From Prevotella sp. (lineage in GTDB: Bacteria; Bacteroidota; Bacteroidia; Bacteroidales; Bacteroidaceae), in assembly GCA_016291495.1 (NCBI GenBank), contig JAEEXI010000002.1, positions 113,880 through 177,879 of the forward strand: a stretch of 64,000 nucleotides of DNA, written 5' to 3'. The stretch's first letter is position 1, and each line of letters begins with the position of its first letter. Positions 1-7,994 of this stretch are shown one piece after another. Made by a program: the position numbers and the translations under genes. The notes beneath the pieces are model-generated. The model made no database searches, had not been told where the DNA came from, and saw nothing but the letters and a program-made list of their open reading frames with translations.

Positions 1-1
1 T

Positions 2-325
2 GCCCAACAAGGTTCCTGCGTCTTTGTAGGTCGTTGTGCCGATTATGTGTTACGCGACTTCGAGAATGTGGTGAATGTCTTCATCACCGCTTCAATGTGG
101 TATCGTGTGGAACAGATACTCGCCAAACAGAAGGTCACACCCCAGGAGGCAAAGCAGATTATTCTGCAGGCAGAAGGGAAACGTGCTTCATACTACAACT
201 ACTATACGGGTAAGAAATGGGGACACGCTGAGTCGTATGACCTCTGTGTGGACTCCAGTGTACTTGGTATGGTGGAGACGGAGAAGTTGATAGCCGACTT
301 CGTCAGGAAGAAATTCGGACTATGA
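2..325 (+). CDS. Cytidylate kinase-like family protein, 5'-truncated by window edge
   Basis: Frame is open from position 2 (AQQGSCVFVGRCADYVLRD...); the GRCADYVL motif and C-terminal YDLCVDSS are typical; paralog at 60666-61310. Confidence 0.8.
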   Translation, partial: AQQGSCVFVGRCADYVLRDFENVVNVFITASMWYRVEQILAKQKVTPQEAKQIILQAEGKRASYYNYYTGKKWGHAESYDLCVDSSVLGMVETEKLIADFVRKKFGL

Positions 326-816
326 AGAAGATAGGAATCATCAGCGATACCCACGCCTATTGGGACGAGAAATACCTGCATTATTTCGAGCCCTGCGACG
401 AGATATGGCATGCAGGGGATATTGGAAGTGTAGAGGTGGCAGAGAAGTTTGAGGCTTTCCGCCCGTTCCGTGCCGTCTGTGGCAATTGCGATGGTGGTGA
501 CCTTCGTCTGATGTATCGCGAACTGAACCGTTTCAAGTGCGAGGATGTTGATGTGCTTATCAAACACATCGGCGGCTACCCTGGCAACTACGACTATAGT
601 GTCCGCTCTTTGCTTTATGCCAATCCTCCTCAACTGTTTGTGGCAGGTCATTCACATATCCTGAAGGTGAAGTTTGACAAGACGCTCAACATGCTGCATA
701 TCAATCCAGGGGCTGCCGGCTTACAGGGTTGGCACAAGGAACGCACCCTCGTCCGACTGACCATCGACGGTAAGGAATTCAAGGATTTGGAAGTTATTAC
801 ATTAGGAAATCATTAA
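322..816 (+). CDS. YfcE-like metallophosphoesterase
   Basis: ISDTH, HAGD, GNCD, GHSH and NPGA motifs. Confidence 0.88.
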   Translation: MKKIGIISDTHAYWDEKYLHYFEPCDEIWHAGDIGSVEVAEKFEAFRPFRAVCGNCDGGDLRLMYRELNRFKCEDVDVLIKHIGGYPGNYDYSVRSLLYANPPQLFVAGHSHILKVKFDKTLNMLHINPGAAGLQGWHKERTLVRLTIDGKEFKDLEVITLGNH

Positions 817-831
817 AATAAAAAAAGATAT

Positions 832-1968
832 ATGAAAAGAACAATTGTCATTACTGGTGGCGCAGGCTTTATTGGAAGCCATGTGGTGCGCCTGTTCGTG
901 AACAAGTATCCTGATTACCACATCATCAACCTCGACAAGTTGACCTATGCGGGTAATCTGGCAAACCTCAAGGACGTTGAGAACAAGCCCAACTACGAGT
1001 TTGTGAAGATGGATATCTGCGATTTCGACGCTTTTTACAAGCTGATGCAGGTCAAGAAGGTTGATGGTATCATTCACCTCGCTGCTGAGAGTCATGTGGA
1101 TCGCTCGATCAAAGACCCGTTTACGTTTGCCAAGACCAACGTCATGGGTACGCTGTCATTGCTTCAGGCCGCTAAGCTCTATTGGGAGTCATTGCCGGAG
1201 CGTTACGAGGGCAAGCGCTTCTACCACATCTCCACCGATGAGGTGTATGGCGCCTTGGAGTTGACACACCCTGAGGGTATCGAGCCTCCATTCACGACAA
1301 CTGCCTCGAGTGCTGAGCATCATTTGGCTTATGGCGACAAGTTCTTCCTGGAGACTACGAAGTACAATCCCCATTCACCCTACAGTGCCGCGAAGGCCTC
1401 TTCAGACCACTTTGTTCGTGCTTATCACGACACCTACGGTATGCCCGTCATCGTGACGAACTGCTCGAACAACTACGGTCCTTATCAGTTTCCTGAGAAG
1501 CTGATACCGTTGTTTATCAATAATATCCGTCACCGCAAACCGTTGCCTGTCTATGGCAAGGGTGAGAACGTGCGCGACTGGCTGTTCGTAGAAGACCACG
1601 CCCGTGCCATCGACTTGATTTTCCATCAGGGTATGATTGCCGAGACGTATAACATCGGTGGTTTCAATGAGTGGAAGAACATCGACATCATCAAGGTGGT
1701 CATCAAGACCGTCGACCGTCTGTTGGGGCGTAAGGAAGGCGAGGATATGGATCTCATCACTTTCGTGACCGATCGTGCAGGACATGATCTTCGTTATGCT
1801 ATCGACTCGTCGAAGTTGCAGAAGGAACTTGGGTGGGAGCCTTCGCTTCAGTTCGAGGAAGGTATCGAGAAGACCGTCCGCTGGTATCTCGACAACCAGG
1901 AGTGGCTCGACAATGTCACCTCCGGCGACTACCAGAAGTATTATGACAATATGTATGCTAACCGATAA
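832..1968 (+). CDS. rfbB: dTDP-glucose 4,6-dehydratase
   Basis: TGGAGFIGS, LDKLTYAGN, AAESHVDRSI, ISTDEVYG, YSAAK, NNYGPYQFPEKLIP. Confidence 0.97.
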   Translation: MKRTIVITGGAGFIGSHVVRLFVNKYPDYHIINLDKLTYAGNLANLKDVENKPNYEFVKMDICDFDAFYKLMQVKKVDGIIHLAAESHVDRSIKDPFTFAKTNVMGTLSLLQAAKLYWESLPERYEGKRFYHISTDEVYGALELTHPEGIEPPFTTTASSAEHHLAYGDKFFLETTKYNPHSPYSAAKASSDHFVRAYHDTYGMPVIVTNCSNNYGPYQFPEKLIPLFINNIRHRKPLPVYGKGENVRDWLFVEDHARAIDLIFHQGMIAETYNIGGFNEWKNIDIIKVVIKTVDRLLGRKEGEDMDLITFVTDRAGHDLRYAIDSSKLQKELGWEPSLQFEEGIEKTVRWYLDNQEWLDNVTSGDYQKYYDNMYANR

Positions 1969-1980
1969 AACAAAAACGAT

Positions 1981-3162
1981 ATGAAGAAAATCTTATTACT
2001 GGGAAGTGGAGAGTTGGGAAAGGAGTTCGTCATTGCTGCCAAGCGCGCTGGTGCCTATGTGGTGGCTTGTGACCGTTATAACGATGCGCCTGCCATGCAG
2101 GTGGCTGACGAGCGTGAGGTATTCTCCATGCTCGACGGCGATGCCCTGACGGCTGCCGTCAAGAAGCACAATCCCGATATCATTGTGCCTGAGATTGAGG
2201 CCATCCGTACAGAGCGTCTCTTCGATTTCGAGAAAGAGGGCATACAGGTCGTTCCTTCTGCCCGTGCCGTCAATTTCACGATGAACCGTCGTGCCATCCG
2301 CGACCTTGCCTCTCGTGACTTAGGACTCCGTACCGCCAAGTATTTCTATGCCAAGACGTTCGACGAGTTCAAAAAGGCTGCTGACGAGATTGGTTTCCCC
2401 TGTGTGGTGAAGCCTCTGATGTCGTCCTCTGGTCATGGTCAGAGTTATGTGCATAACGACGACGAGTTGGAGCAGGCTTTCAGGGAAGCCATGGAAGGCA
2501 GCCGTGGTGACGTGAAAGAAGTCATCATCGAGGAGTTCATCGACTTCGAGTCGGAGTTTACCTTGCTGACAGTGACGCAGAAGAATGCACCTACCATCTT
2601 CTGTCCTCCTATCGGACATGTACAGAAGGGTGGTGACTACCGTGAGTCATGGCAACCTTATCAGATCAGTGACGAAGCCCTCAAGCAGGCACAGAACATG
2701 GCCGACCAGGTGACGAAGGCCCTTACTGGATATGGCATCTGGGGTGTCGAGTTCTTCCTGACCCGCCAGGGTGAGGTTATCTTCTCTGAGCTTTCGCCTC
2801 GTCCACACGATACAGGTATGGTGACGTTGGGTCATACCACCAACCTCTCCGAGTTTGAGTTGCATTTCCGTGCTGTGATGGGTCTGCCGATTGCAGGTAT
2901 CCATCTGGAGCATGCCGGAGCCTCTGCCGTCATCCTCTCACCAGAGGAGAAGGTAGGTCCCCTGGATTACAATTTCGTTGAGGCATTGAAGGAAGACCGC
3001 ACCCGTATCCGCATCTTCGGCAAGCCTGAGGCGCATGTTGGTCGCCGCATGGGTGTCGTCCTCTGCTATGGTGAGCTGGGCGACGATGTCAATGCCCTGC
3101 GTGACAAGGCTAAGCGTCTTGCCAAGACCGTATTGGGAACAGATCCTTATATGAAGAAATGA
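1981..3162 (+). CDS. purT: Formate-dependent phosphoribosylglycinamide formyltransferase
   Basis: [49 protein letters not shown]. Confidence 0.96.
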   Translation: MKKILLLGSGELGKEFVIAAKRAGAYVVACDRYNDAPAMQVADEREVFSMLDGDALTAAVKKHNPDIIVPEIEAIRTERLFDFEKEGIQVVPSARAVNFTMNRRAIRDLASRDLGLRTAKYFYAKTFDEFKKAADEIGFPCVVKPLMSSSGHGQSYVHNDDELEQAFREAMEGSRGDVKEVIIEEFIDFESEFTLLTVTQKNAPTIFCPPIGHVQKGGDYRESWQPYQISDEALKQAQNMADQVTKALTGYGIWGVEFFLTRQGEVIFSELSPRPHDTGMVTLGHTTNLSEFELHFRAVMGLPIAGIHLEHAGASAVILSPEEKVGPLDYNFVEALKEDRTRIRIFGKPEAHVGRRMGVVLCYGELGDDVNALRDKAKRLAKTVLGTDPYMKK

Positions 3163-3563
3163 TCGGACAACTCATTGACCTCCCAAAGATCGTAGACCCA
3201 CGAGGCAATCTGACGTTTGCTGAGGCACAGGAGATGGTGCCTTTTGATATCAAGCGTGCCTATTGGGTCTACGATGTGCCAGGCGGTGAAAGCCGTGGGG
3301 GGCATGCCCACAAACGCTTGAAACAGTTTGTTATTGCATTGAGCGGCTCGTTTCAAGTCACCCTTGACGATGGACGTGAACGGAAGACAGTTCTGTTAAA
3401 TCATCCGTGGCAGGGACTGCTTATTGATGTCAACACTTGGCGCACCCTCGACGATTTCTCGTCGGGTGCAGTGTGCCTCGTGCTAGCATCAGAGCACTAT
3501 GATGAGGACGACTACATCTACGATTATGATGAATTCTTGAAATACGTAGGATGTTCGAAATAG
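3159..3563 (+). CDS. fdtA: FdtA/QdtA (WxcM-like) cupin, sugar 3,4-ketoisomerase
   Basis: [27 protein letters not shown]; ATGA overlap with purT. Confidence 0.85.
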   Translation: MIGQLIDLPKIVDPRGNLTFAEAQEMVPFDIKRAYWVYDVPGGESRGGHAHKRLKQFVIALSGSFQVTLDDGRERKTVLLNHPWQGLLIDVNTWRTLDDFSSGAVCLVLASEHYDEDDYIYDYDEFLKYVGCSK

Positions 3564-4492
3564 TAAGATATACCTCTGCGCATACTGACGAGTGGAATCA
3601 GTTTGTGGCGAAGTCGAAGAACGGCACATTCCTCTTCGATCGTGGCTACATGGACTATCACGCTGACCGATTCCAAGACTATTCGTTGATGTTCTATTGC
3701 AAAGGACACTTGCTGGCCGTTCTGCCTGCGCATGTCGTTGGTGATGCGCTCTGTACGCATCGTGGACTGACCTATGGCGGATTGCTGATGAGCGAACAAC
3801 TGACGATAGCAGAGACAATGGTGCTGTTTCGTGAATTGAATGATATGCTACGTGGCGAAGGATTGAAGCATGTCAGTTACAAAGCCATCCCCTGGATATA
3901 TCACCGCTTGTCGGCAGAGGAGGACTTATATGCACTCTACCATGAGTGCAAGGCCCGTATCGTGGCTCGTGACTATTCCACAAACATATTTCTTGGAGCC
4001 AATCTGCGTTGGGAGCGCGTTCGTCGTCGTGGCGTCACCCGTGCCGAACGGGCAGGCATCCATGTGGAAATCAGCAACGACTATGCTGACTTCTGGCAGG
4101 TGTTGGCCGATAATCTTGGTACGAAATACGGTATCAAGCCTGTACATAGCCTTCAGGAGATAGAACTACTGCATAGTCGGTTTCCAAAGAACATCGTGCT
4201 CTATCAGGCAGTTCTCGATAGAAAGGTGTTAGGTGGTGTCGTCCTTTACGTGACTCCTCAGGTGGTACATGCCCAGTATAGTTCTGCCACACCGGAGGGC
4301 AAGAGTCTTGGTGCTATCGATGCTATCTACAACCGTATCATGCACCATGACTACAAAGACTATCCTTATTTCGACTTTGGTCGTTCTACGGAGAATCCTG
4401 ACGGCAGCGGTCTTAATGAGACACTCGTCTTCCAAAAGGAAGGTTTCGGAGCCCGCGGCTTGTGTTACGATATCTATGAGTACGACCTATAA
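3551..4492 (+). CDS. GNAT/FemAB-like acyltransferase
   Basis: NGTFLFDRGYMDYH, HRGLTYGG, FDFGRSTE, KEGFGARG; family often found near sugar-nucleotide genes. Confidence 0.75.
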   Translation: MFEIVRYTSAHTDEWNQFVAKSKNGTFLFDRGYMDYHADRFQDYSLMFYCKGHLLAVLPAHVVGDALCTHRGLTYGGLLMSEQLTIAETMVLFRELNDMLRGEGLKHVSYKAIPWIYHRLSAEEDLYALYHECKARIVARDYSTNIFLGANLRWERVRRRGVTRAERAGIHVEISNDYADFWQVLADNLGTKYGIKPVHSLQEIELLHSRFPKNIVLYQAVLDRKVLGGVVLYVTPQVVHAQYSSATPEGKSLGAIDAIYNRIMHHDYKDYPYFDFGRSTENPDGSGLNETLVFQKEGFGARGLCYDIYEYDL

Positions 4493-4499
4493 TCCTTCT

Positions 4500-5108
4500 T
4501 TATTCGTCTAACAGGAGTACGGTAGCGCTTCTTGCGGCTTGGGCACCCATGACGAGGACTTGTGCGATATCAGCCGTCTTCGAGGGACCGCTGATAAAGG
4601 TGCCATAACCGTAGTCGGACAGTCCGGCAACGGAATCGCCGGCACTGAGGCGCTTGTAGGCCTCGTGCATGTTGTTTACAATCTCCGACTTCTTTAGCAG
4701 GATGACCAGATTCTCGGAGATGAAGCAGACGGCTTTCTCCTTCATCTGCTGGGGAATCCACACGCAGGCATTCTCAGCCACACCGAAACTGCCGCGAACG
4801 ACGCCCACATCGGTGCCGTTCAGGTCGCGGGCCCGTCCCACCTCGTCGGGATTGCGCGTGGCGATGGTAATCTCGGGCAGGTTGGAGGCTATCTCCTTGG
4901 CATCGGGATAGAGCTCGCGGATGAGGTCGTTCACGTCGCGCCCCTTGTCCACCTCGATGGCATTGCCGCCCACGCTCTTGGTCATGTTCATAAACTGCAA
5001 CAGCGGGTCGGGGTAGGTGATGGCCTGGATGTCGCTCAGGTCGGGCATGTCGAACTGTTCGCGGATATTAGCCCTGTATTTCATCAATATATCTTCTTTA
5101 CTTGACAT
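4500..5108 (-). CDS. lutC: Lactate utilization protein C (LUD domain)
   Basis: GVAENACVW, FISGPSKTADI, GAQAARS; downstream of lutAB. Confidence 0.88.
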   Translation of the reverse strand: MSSKEDILMKYRANIREQFDMPDLSDIQAITYPDPLLQFMNMTKSVGGNAIEVDKGRDVNDLIRELYPDAKEIASNLPEITIATRNPDEVGRARDLNGTDVGVVRGSFGVAENACVWIPQQMKEKAVCFISENLVILLKKSEIVNNMHEAYKRLSAGDSVAGLSDYGYGTFISGPSKTADIAQVLVMGAQAARSATVLLLDE

Positions 5109-5137
5109 AATAAATTTTTTAGCGGTTTATTACTTTG

Positions 5138-5202
5138 GCGGCAGCAAATTCTTCACTCTTCACTCTTCACTTTTCACTCTTCACTTTTCACTATTCCCTT
5201 AA
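5138..5202. repeat. Solo arm: GCGGCAGCAAATT plus 7 heptamers (YTTCACT/ATTCCCT), overlapping the lutB 3' end
   Basis: Read directly: cttcact x3, tttcact, cttcact, tttcact, attccct, taa. Confidence 0.9.
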
Positions 5203-6553
5203 TAATCTCGTGGAACGGTTTCTTGGGGAACTCCATCATCTTATGACCTTCGGCCCACGGGTTCAGGCCGCAGTTCATCAGCGGTGAGGGAATGAGGTTG
5301 GCCCAGTGGGCAAGTCCGGTGGCAAAATTATAGAGCCCGGGCGAGCCGTAGAGCATGGACATGCCTTGGCACATGAGCTTCTTCTGCGGATTGGCGGTGC
5401 CGAAGTCGCTGAGCTGTTGGCGCCACAGGTAAATCTGGTCGCCCAGATTGACCTTGGCAGGACAAACGGTCTGACAAGAGTTGCAGAGCGTGCAGGCCGA
5501 CACGTTGCCCGAGTGCTTCTGCGGGTCGCGCAGCATGCCCAGGTTGATGCCGATGGGTCCGGGGATGAAGTAGCTGTAGCTGTAGCCTCCCGAGCGACGA
5601 TAGACGGGACAGGTGTTCATGCAAGAGCCGCAGCGGATGCACTTCAGCGATTCCCAGTGCTCAGGATTGCCTATCCACTCAGAGCGCCCGTTGTCCACCA
5701 GGATGATGTGCATGTGGTGAGCCGTGGGGCGGGCCTTGCGGAAATGCGAGGTGTAGGTGGTGGTGGGCTGACCGGTTCCTGCACGACAGAGCATGCGCTG
5801 GAAGACGGCAAGGCACTCGTAGTTGGGGATGACCTTCTCCAGTCCGATGGCGGCAATGTGCAGCCGCGGGCATGAGGTCGACATGTCGGCATTGCCCTCG
5901 TTGGTGCATACCACGATGTCGCCCGTCTCGGCAATACCGAAGTTGGCGCCCGTCATGCCGGCGTCGGCGGTCAGGAACTCGTTGCGCAAACTCAATCGGG
6001 CACGATAGGTCAGGAACGTGGGGTCGTGGTTGCCCTTCTCGTTCGAAATGCCTTTCTCCTCGAAAAGCTCGCCCACATCGTCGTGGTTCAGGTGGATGGC
6101 TGGCATCACGATATGGCTGGGTGCCTGACCCTTCAACTGGATAATGCGCTCGCCCAAGTCGGTTTCCACCACCTCGATGCCTCTTTCCTCAAGATAGGGA
6201 TTCATGCCACACTCCTCCGTCAGCATCGACTTCGACTTCACCATCTTCTTGACGTTATGGTTCTTCAGGATGCCATACACGATTTCGTTGAACTCGGCAG
6301 CATCCTTCGCCCAGTGAACCTCCACGCCGTTCTTCTCGGCATTGGTGGCAAACTGGTCCAGATATTCGTCCAGATGGGTAATGGTGTGGCGCTTGATCTG
6401 CGAGGCTTTCTCGCGCAGTTGTTCCCACTCGTCCAAGCCATAGGCCATATTGTCGCGCTTGGTGCGAACGGCCCAGAAGGTGGCGTCGTGCCAGTGGGCG
6501 TATTGCTGGTTCTTTAAGAACTCCTTGGCAGCTTTGCTATGCTGTGTACTCAT
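5174..6553 (-). CDS. lutB: Lactate utilization protein B (Fe-S subunit)
   Basis: KSKSMLTEE, ETDLGERIIQL, CIRCGSCMNTCP, CTLCNSCQTVCP. Confidence 0.93.
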   Translation of the reverse strand: MSTQHSKAAKEFLKNQQYAHWHDATFWAVRTKRDNMAYGLDEWEQLREKASQIKRHTITHLDEYLDQFATNAEKNGVEVHWAKDAAEFNEIVYGILKNHNVKKMVKSKSMLTEECGMNPYLEERGIEVVETDLGERIIQLKGQAPSHIVMPAIHLNHDDVGELFEEKGISNEKGNHDPTFLTYRARLSLRNEFLTADAGMTGANFGIAETGDIVVCTNEGNADMSTSCPRLHIAAIGLEKVIPNYECLAVFQRMLCRAGTGQPTTTYTSHFRKARPTAHHMHIILVDNGRSEWIGNPEHWESLKCIRCGSCMNTCPVYRRSGGYSYSYFIPGPIGINLGMLRDPQKHSGNVSACTLCNSCQTVCPAKVNLGDQIYLWRQQLSDFGTANPQKKLMCQGMSMLYGSPGLYNFATGLAHWANLIPSPLMNCGLNPWAEGHKMMEFPKKPFHEIIKGIVKSEE

Positions 6554-6555
6554 AA

Positions 6556-6712
6556 TTTAAGGTAAAAGTGAATAGTGAAAAGTGAAAAATTTACTTCCGC
6601 ACTTCTTGCTATTCATCTTTTTCTTTTGATAATCGTTAATACTATTGTTAATTCTCACTCAGGGACAGCGGTAGCAAATTATTCACTATTCCCTTTTCAC
6701 TATTCCCTTTTA
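6556..6712. repeat. Empty inverted-arm element: left arm 6556-6600, 67-bp spacer, right arm 6668-6712
   Basis: Left arm is 43/45 identical to 7444-7488; right arm is GCGGTAGCAAATT plus 4 heptamers and ends at the lutA stop codon. Confidence 0.88.
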
Positions 6713-7441
6713 CAGCCCCGCTGCTAAAATCTCTACTACGTGCTTGAACTCAATCTTCTTGCCTTGCTTGCGGGCTACACCAGCCATATGCATCAGACAA
6801 GAGCAGTCTGGACCAGTGATATACTCAGCACCCGTCTGGATATGACGCTCCACCTTGTCGAGTCCCATCTGGGCGGACACGGCGGTCTCCTCGACGCTGA
6901 ACATGCCGCCGAAGCCGCAGCACTCGTCAGGACGCTCAGGTTCCACGACATCGATGCCGTCAACCAATTGCAACAGGTCCTTGATCTTATTGAACTTCGC
7001 TACATGCTCCTCAGAAGGGGAGGAGAGTCCCAGCTCGCGAACACCATGACAGGAATTGTGCAGGCTGACCTTATGGGCAAAGGTGCCCAGACGGCGGTCG
7101 ACCTTCACCACGTCGTGCAGGAACTCGACCACGTCCATGCATCTCTTGGCGCTCTCGCACTCATGGTTCAGCAGTCGCGGATAGTTCAGACGGATAAACG
7201 CCGTACAACTGACACTGGGTGACACCACATAGTCGAAGTCCTTGAAGAGGTCGTCAAACTTCTCTGCCAAAGGAATGGCTTGTTTCTCGAATCCTGCATT
7301 GGCCATCGGCTGACCGCAGCAGGTCTGTTTCTGTGGATACGTGACATCCAGCCCCAGATGCTTCAGCAACTTATAGGTTGCCAAACCCACCTCAGGATAG
7401 ACAGCATCCACATAACAGGGAATGAATAATCCAATTTTCAT
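6710..7441 (-). CDS. lutA: Lactate utilization protein A (CCG-domain Fe-S protein)
   Basis: LFIPCYVD, QTCCGQP, HNSCHGVR, ECCGFGGMF, DCSCLMH. Confidence 0.93.
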   Translation of the reverse strand: MKIGLFIPCYVDAVYPEVGLATYKLLKHLGLDVTYPQKQTCCGQPMANAGFEKQAIPLAEKFDDLFKDFDYVVSPSVSCTAFIRLNYPRLLNHECESAKRCMDVVEFLHDVVKVDRRLGTFAHKVSLHNSCHGVRELGLSSPSEEHVAKFNKIKDLLQLVDGIDVVEPERPDECCGFGGMFSVEETAVSAQMGLDKVERHIQTGAEYITGPDCSCLMHMAGVARKQGKKIEFKHVVEILAAGL

Positions 7442-7497
7442 AGTTTAAGGTAAAAGTGAATAGTGAAAAGTGAATAATTTGCTTCCGCCATTCCTTT

Positions 7498-7875
7498 TCA
7501 CTTCATTTCATTATTTTGTTTCGTTGTTTTAATTGATGAAATCAGAAGAGCAAGTAACTCTTGGCAGTCTATATTCATGCTCTCGAATTCCTTTTCATTC
7601 AAATAATCAGTATCTTTTAGGATATTGAGCCAATAGAGGGTTTCGTTGCACTCTTTTAGTGCAATAGACAGTTTGTTGATGAAATCAGCTGGGCTTTGCG
7701 CATAGGTTGCCTCACTTACCAAAGCACCAATAGCTGTACCAGAGCGGAATATTTGATTAATCATTCCATACTCTTTAGGGCTACATTTGATAAATTTCAC
7801 CATCTTTACTATTCTCACTCCGAAGCAATAGCTTTTCTTCGTGAGTGGCGTATTATTATGTTGAATATAAGACAT
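7498..7875 (-). CDS. Four helix bundle protein (23S rRNA IVS-protein/Avd-like family)
   Basis: QIFRSGTAIGALVSEA..AQS..DFINKLSIALKECNETLYWL family signature; more AT-rich than its neighbours. Confidence 0.92.
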   Translation of the reverse strand: MSYIQHNNTPLTKKSYCFGVRIVKMVKFIKCSPKEYGMINQIFRSGTAIGALVSEATYAQSPADFINKLSIALKECNETLYWLNILKDTDYLNEKEFESMNIDCQELLALLISSIKTTKQNNEMK

Positions 7876-7967
7876 GCGGCAGCAAATCGTTTCTTTATTA
7901 TGCTTTGCCTCAGCGGCGGCAGCAAATCGTTTCTTTATTATGCTTGCCTCAGTGGCGGCAGCAAATT
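7876..7967. repeat. Tandem 40/39-bp duplication plus a third partial copy, each starting GCGGCAGCAAAT
   Basis: Copies at 7876-7915, 7916-7954 and 7955-7967. Confidence 0.92.
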
Positions 7968-7994
7968 ATTCACTTTTCACTATTCACTTTTCCC

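Noticed and set aside
6557-6616. 19-aa minigene MNSKKCGSKFFTFHYSLLP in the empty element
   Set aside because: Mostly a translation of the repeat arm; no independent support
7498-7875. Diversity-generating retroelement
   Set aside because: Avd-like fold only; no reverse transcriptase or TR/VR pair seen in the window
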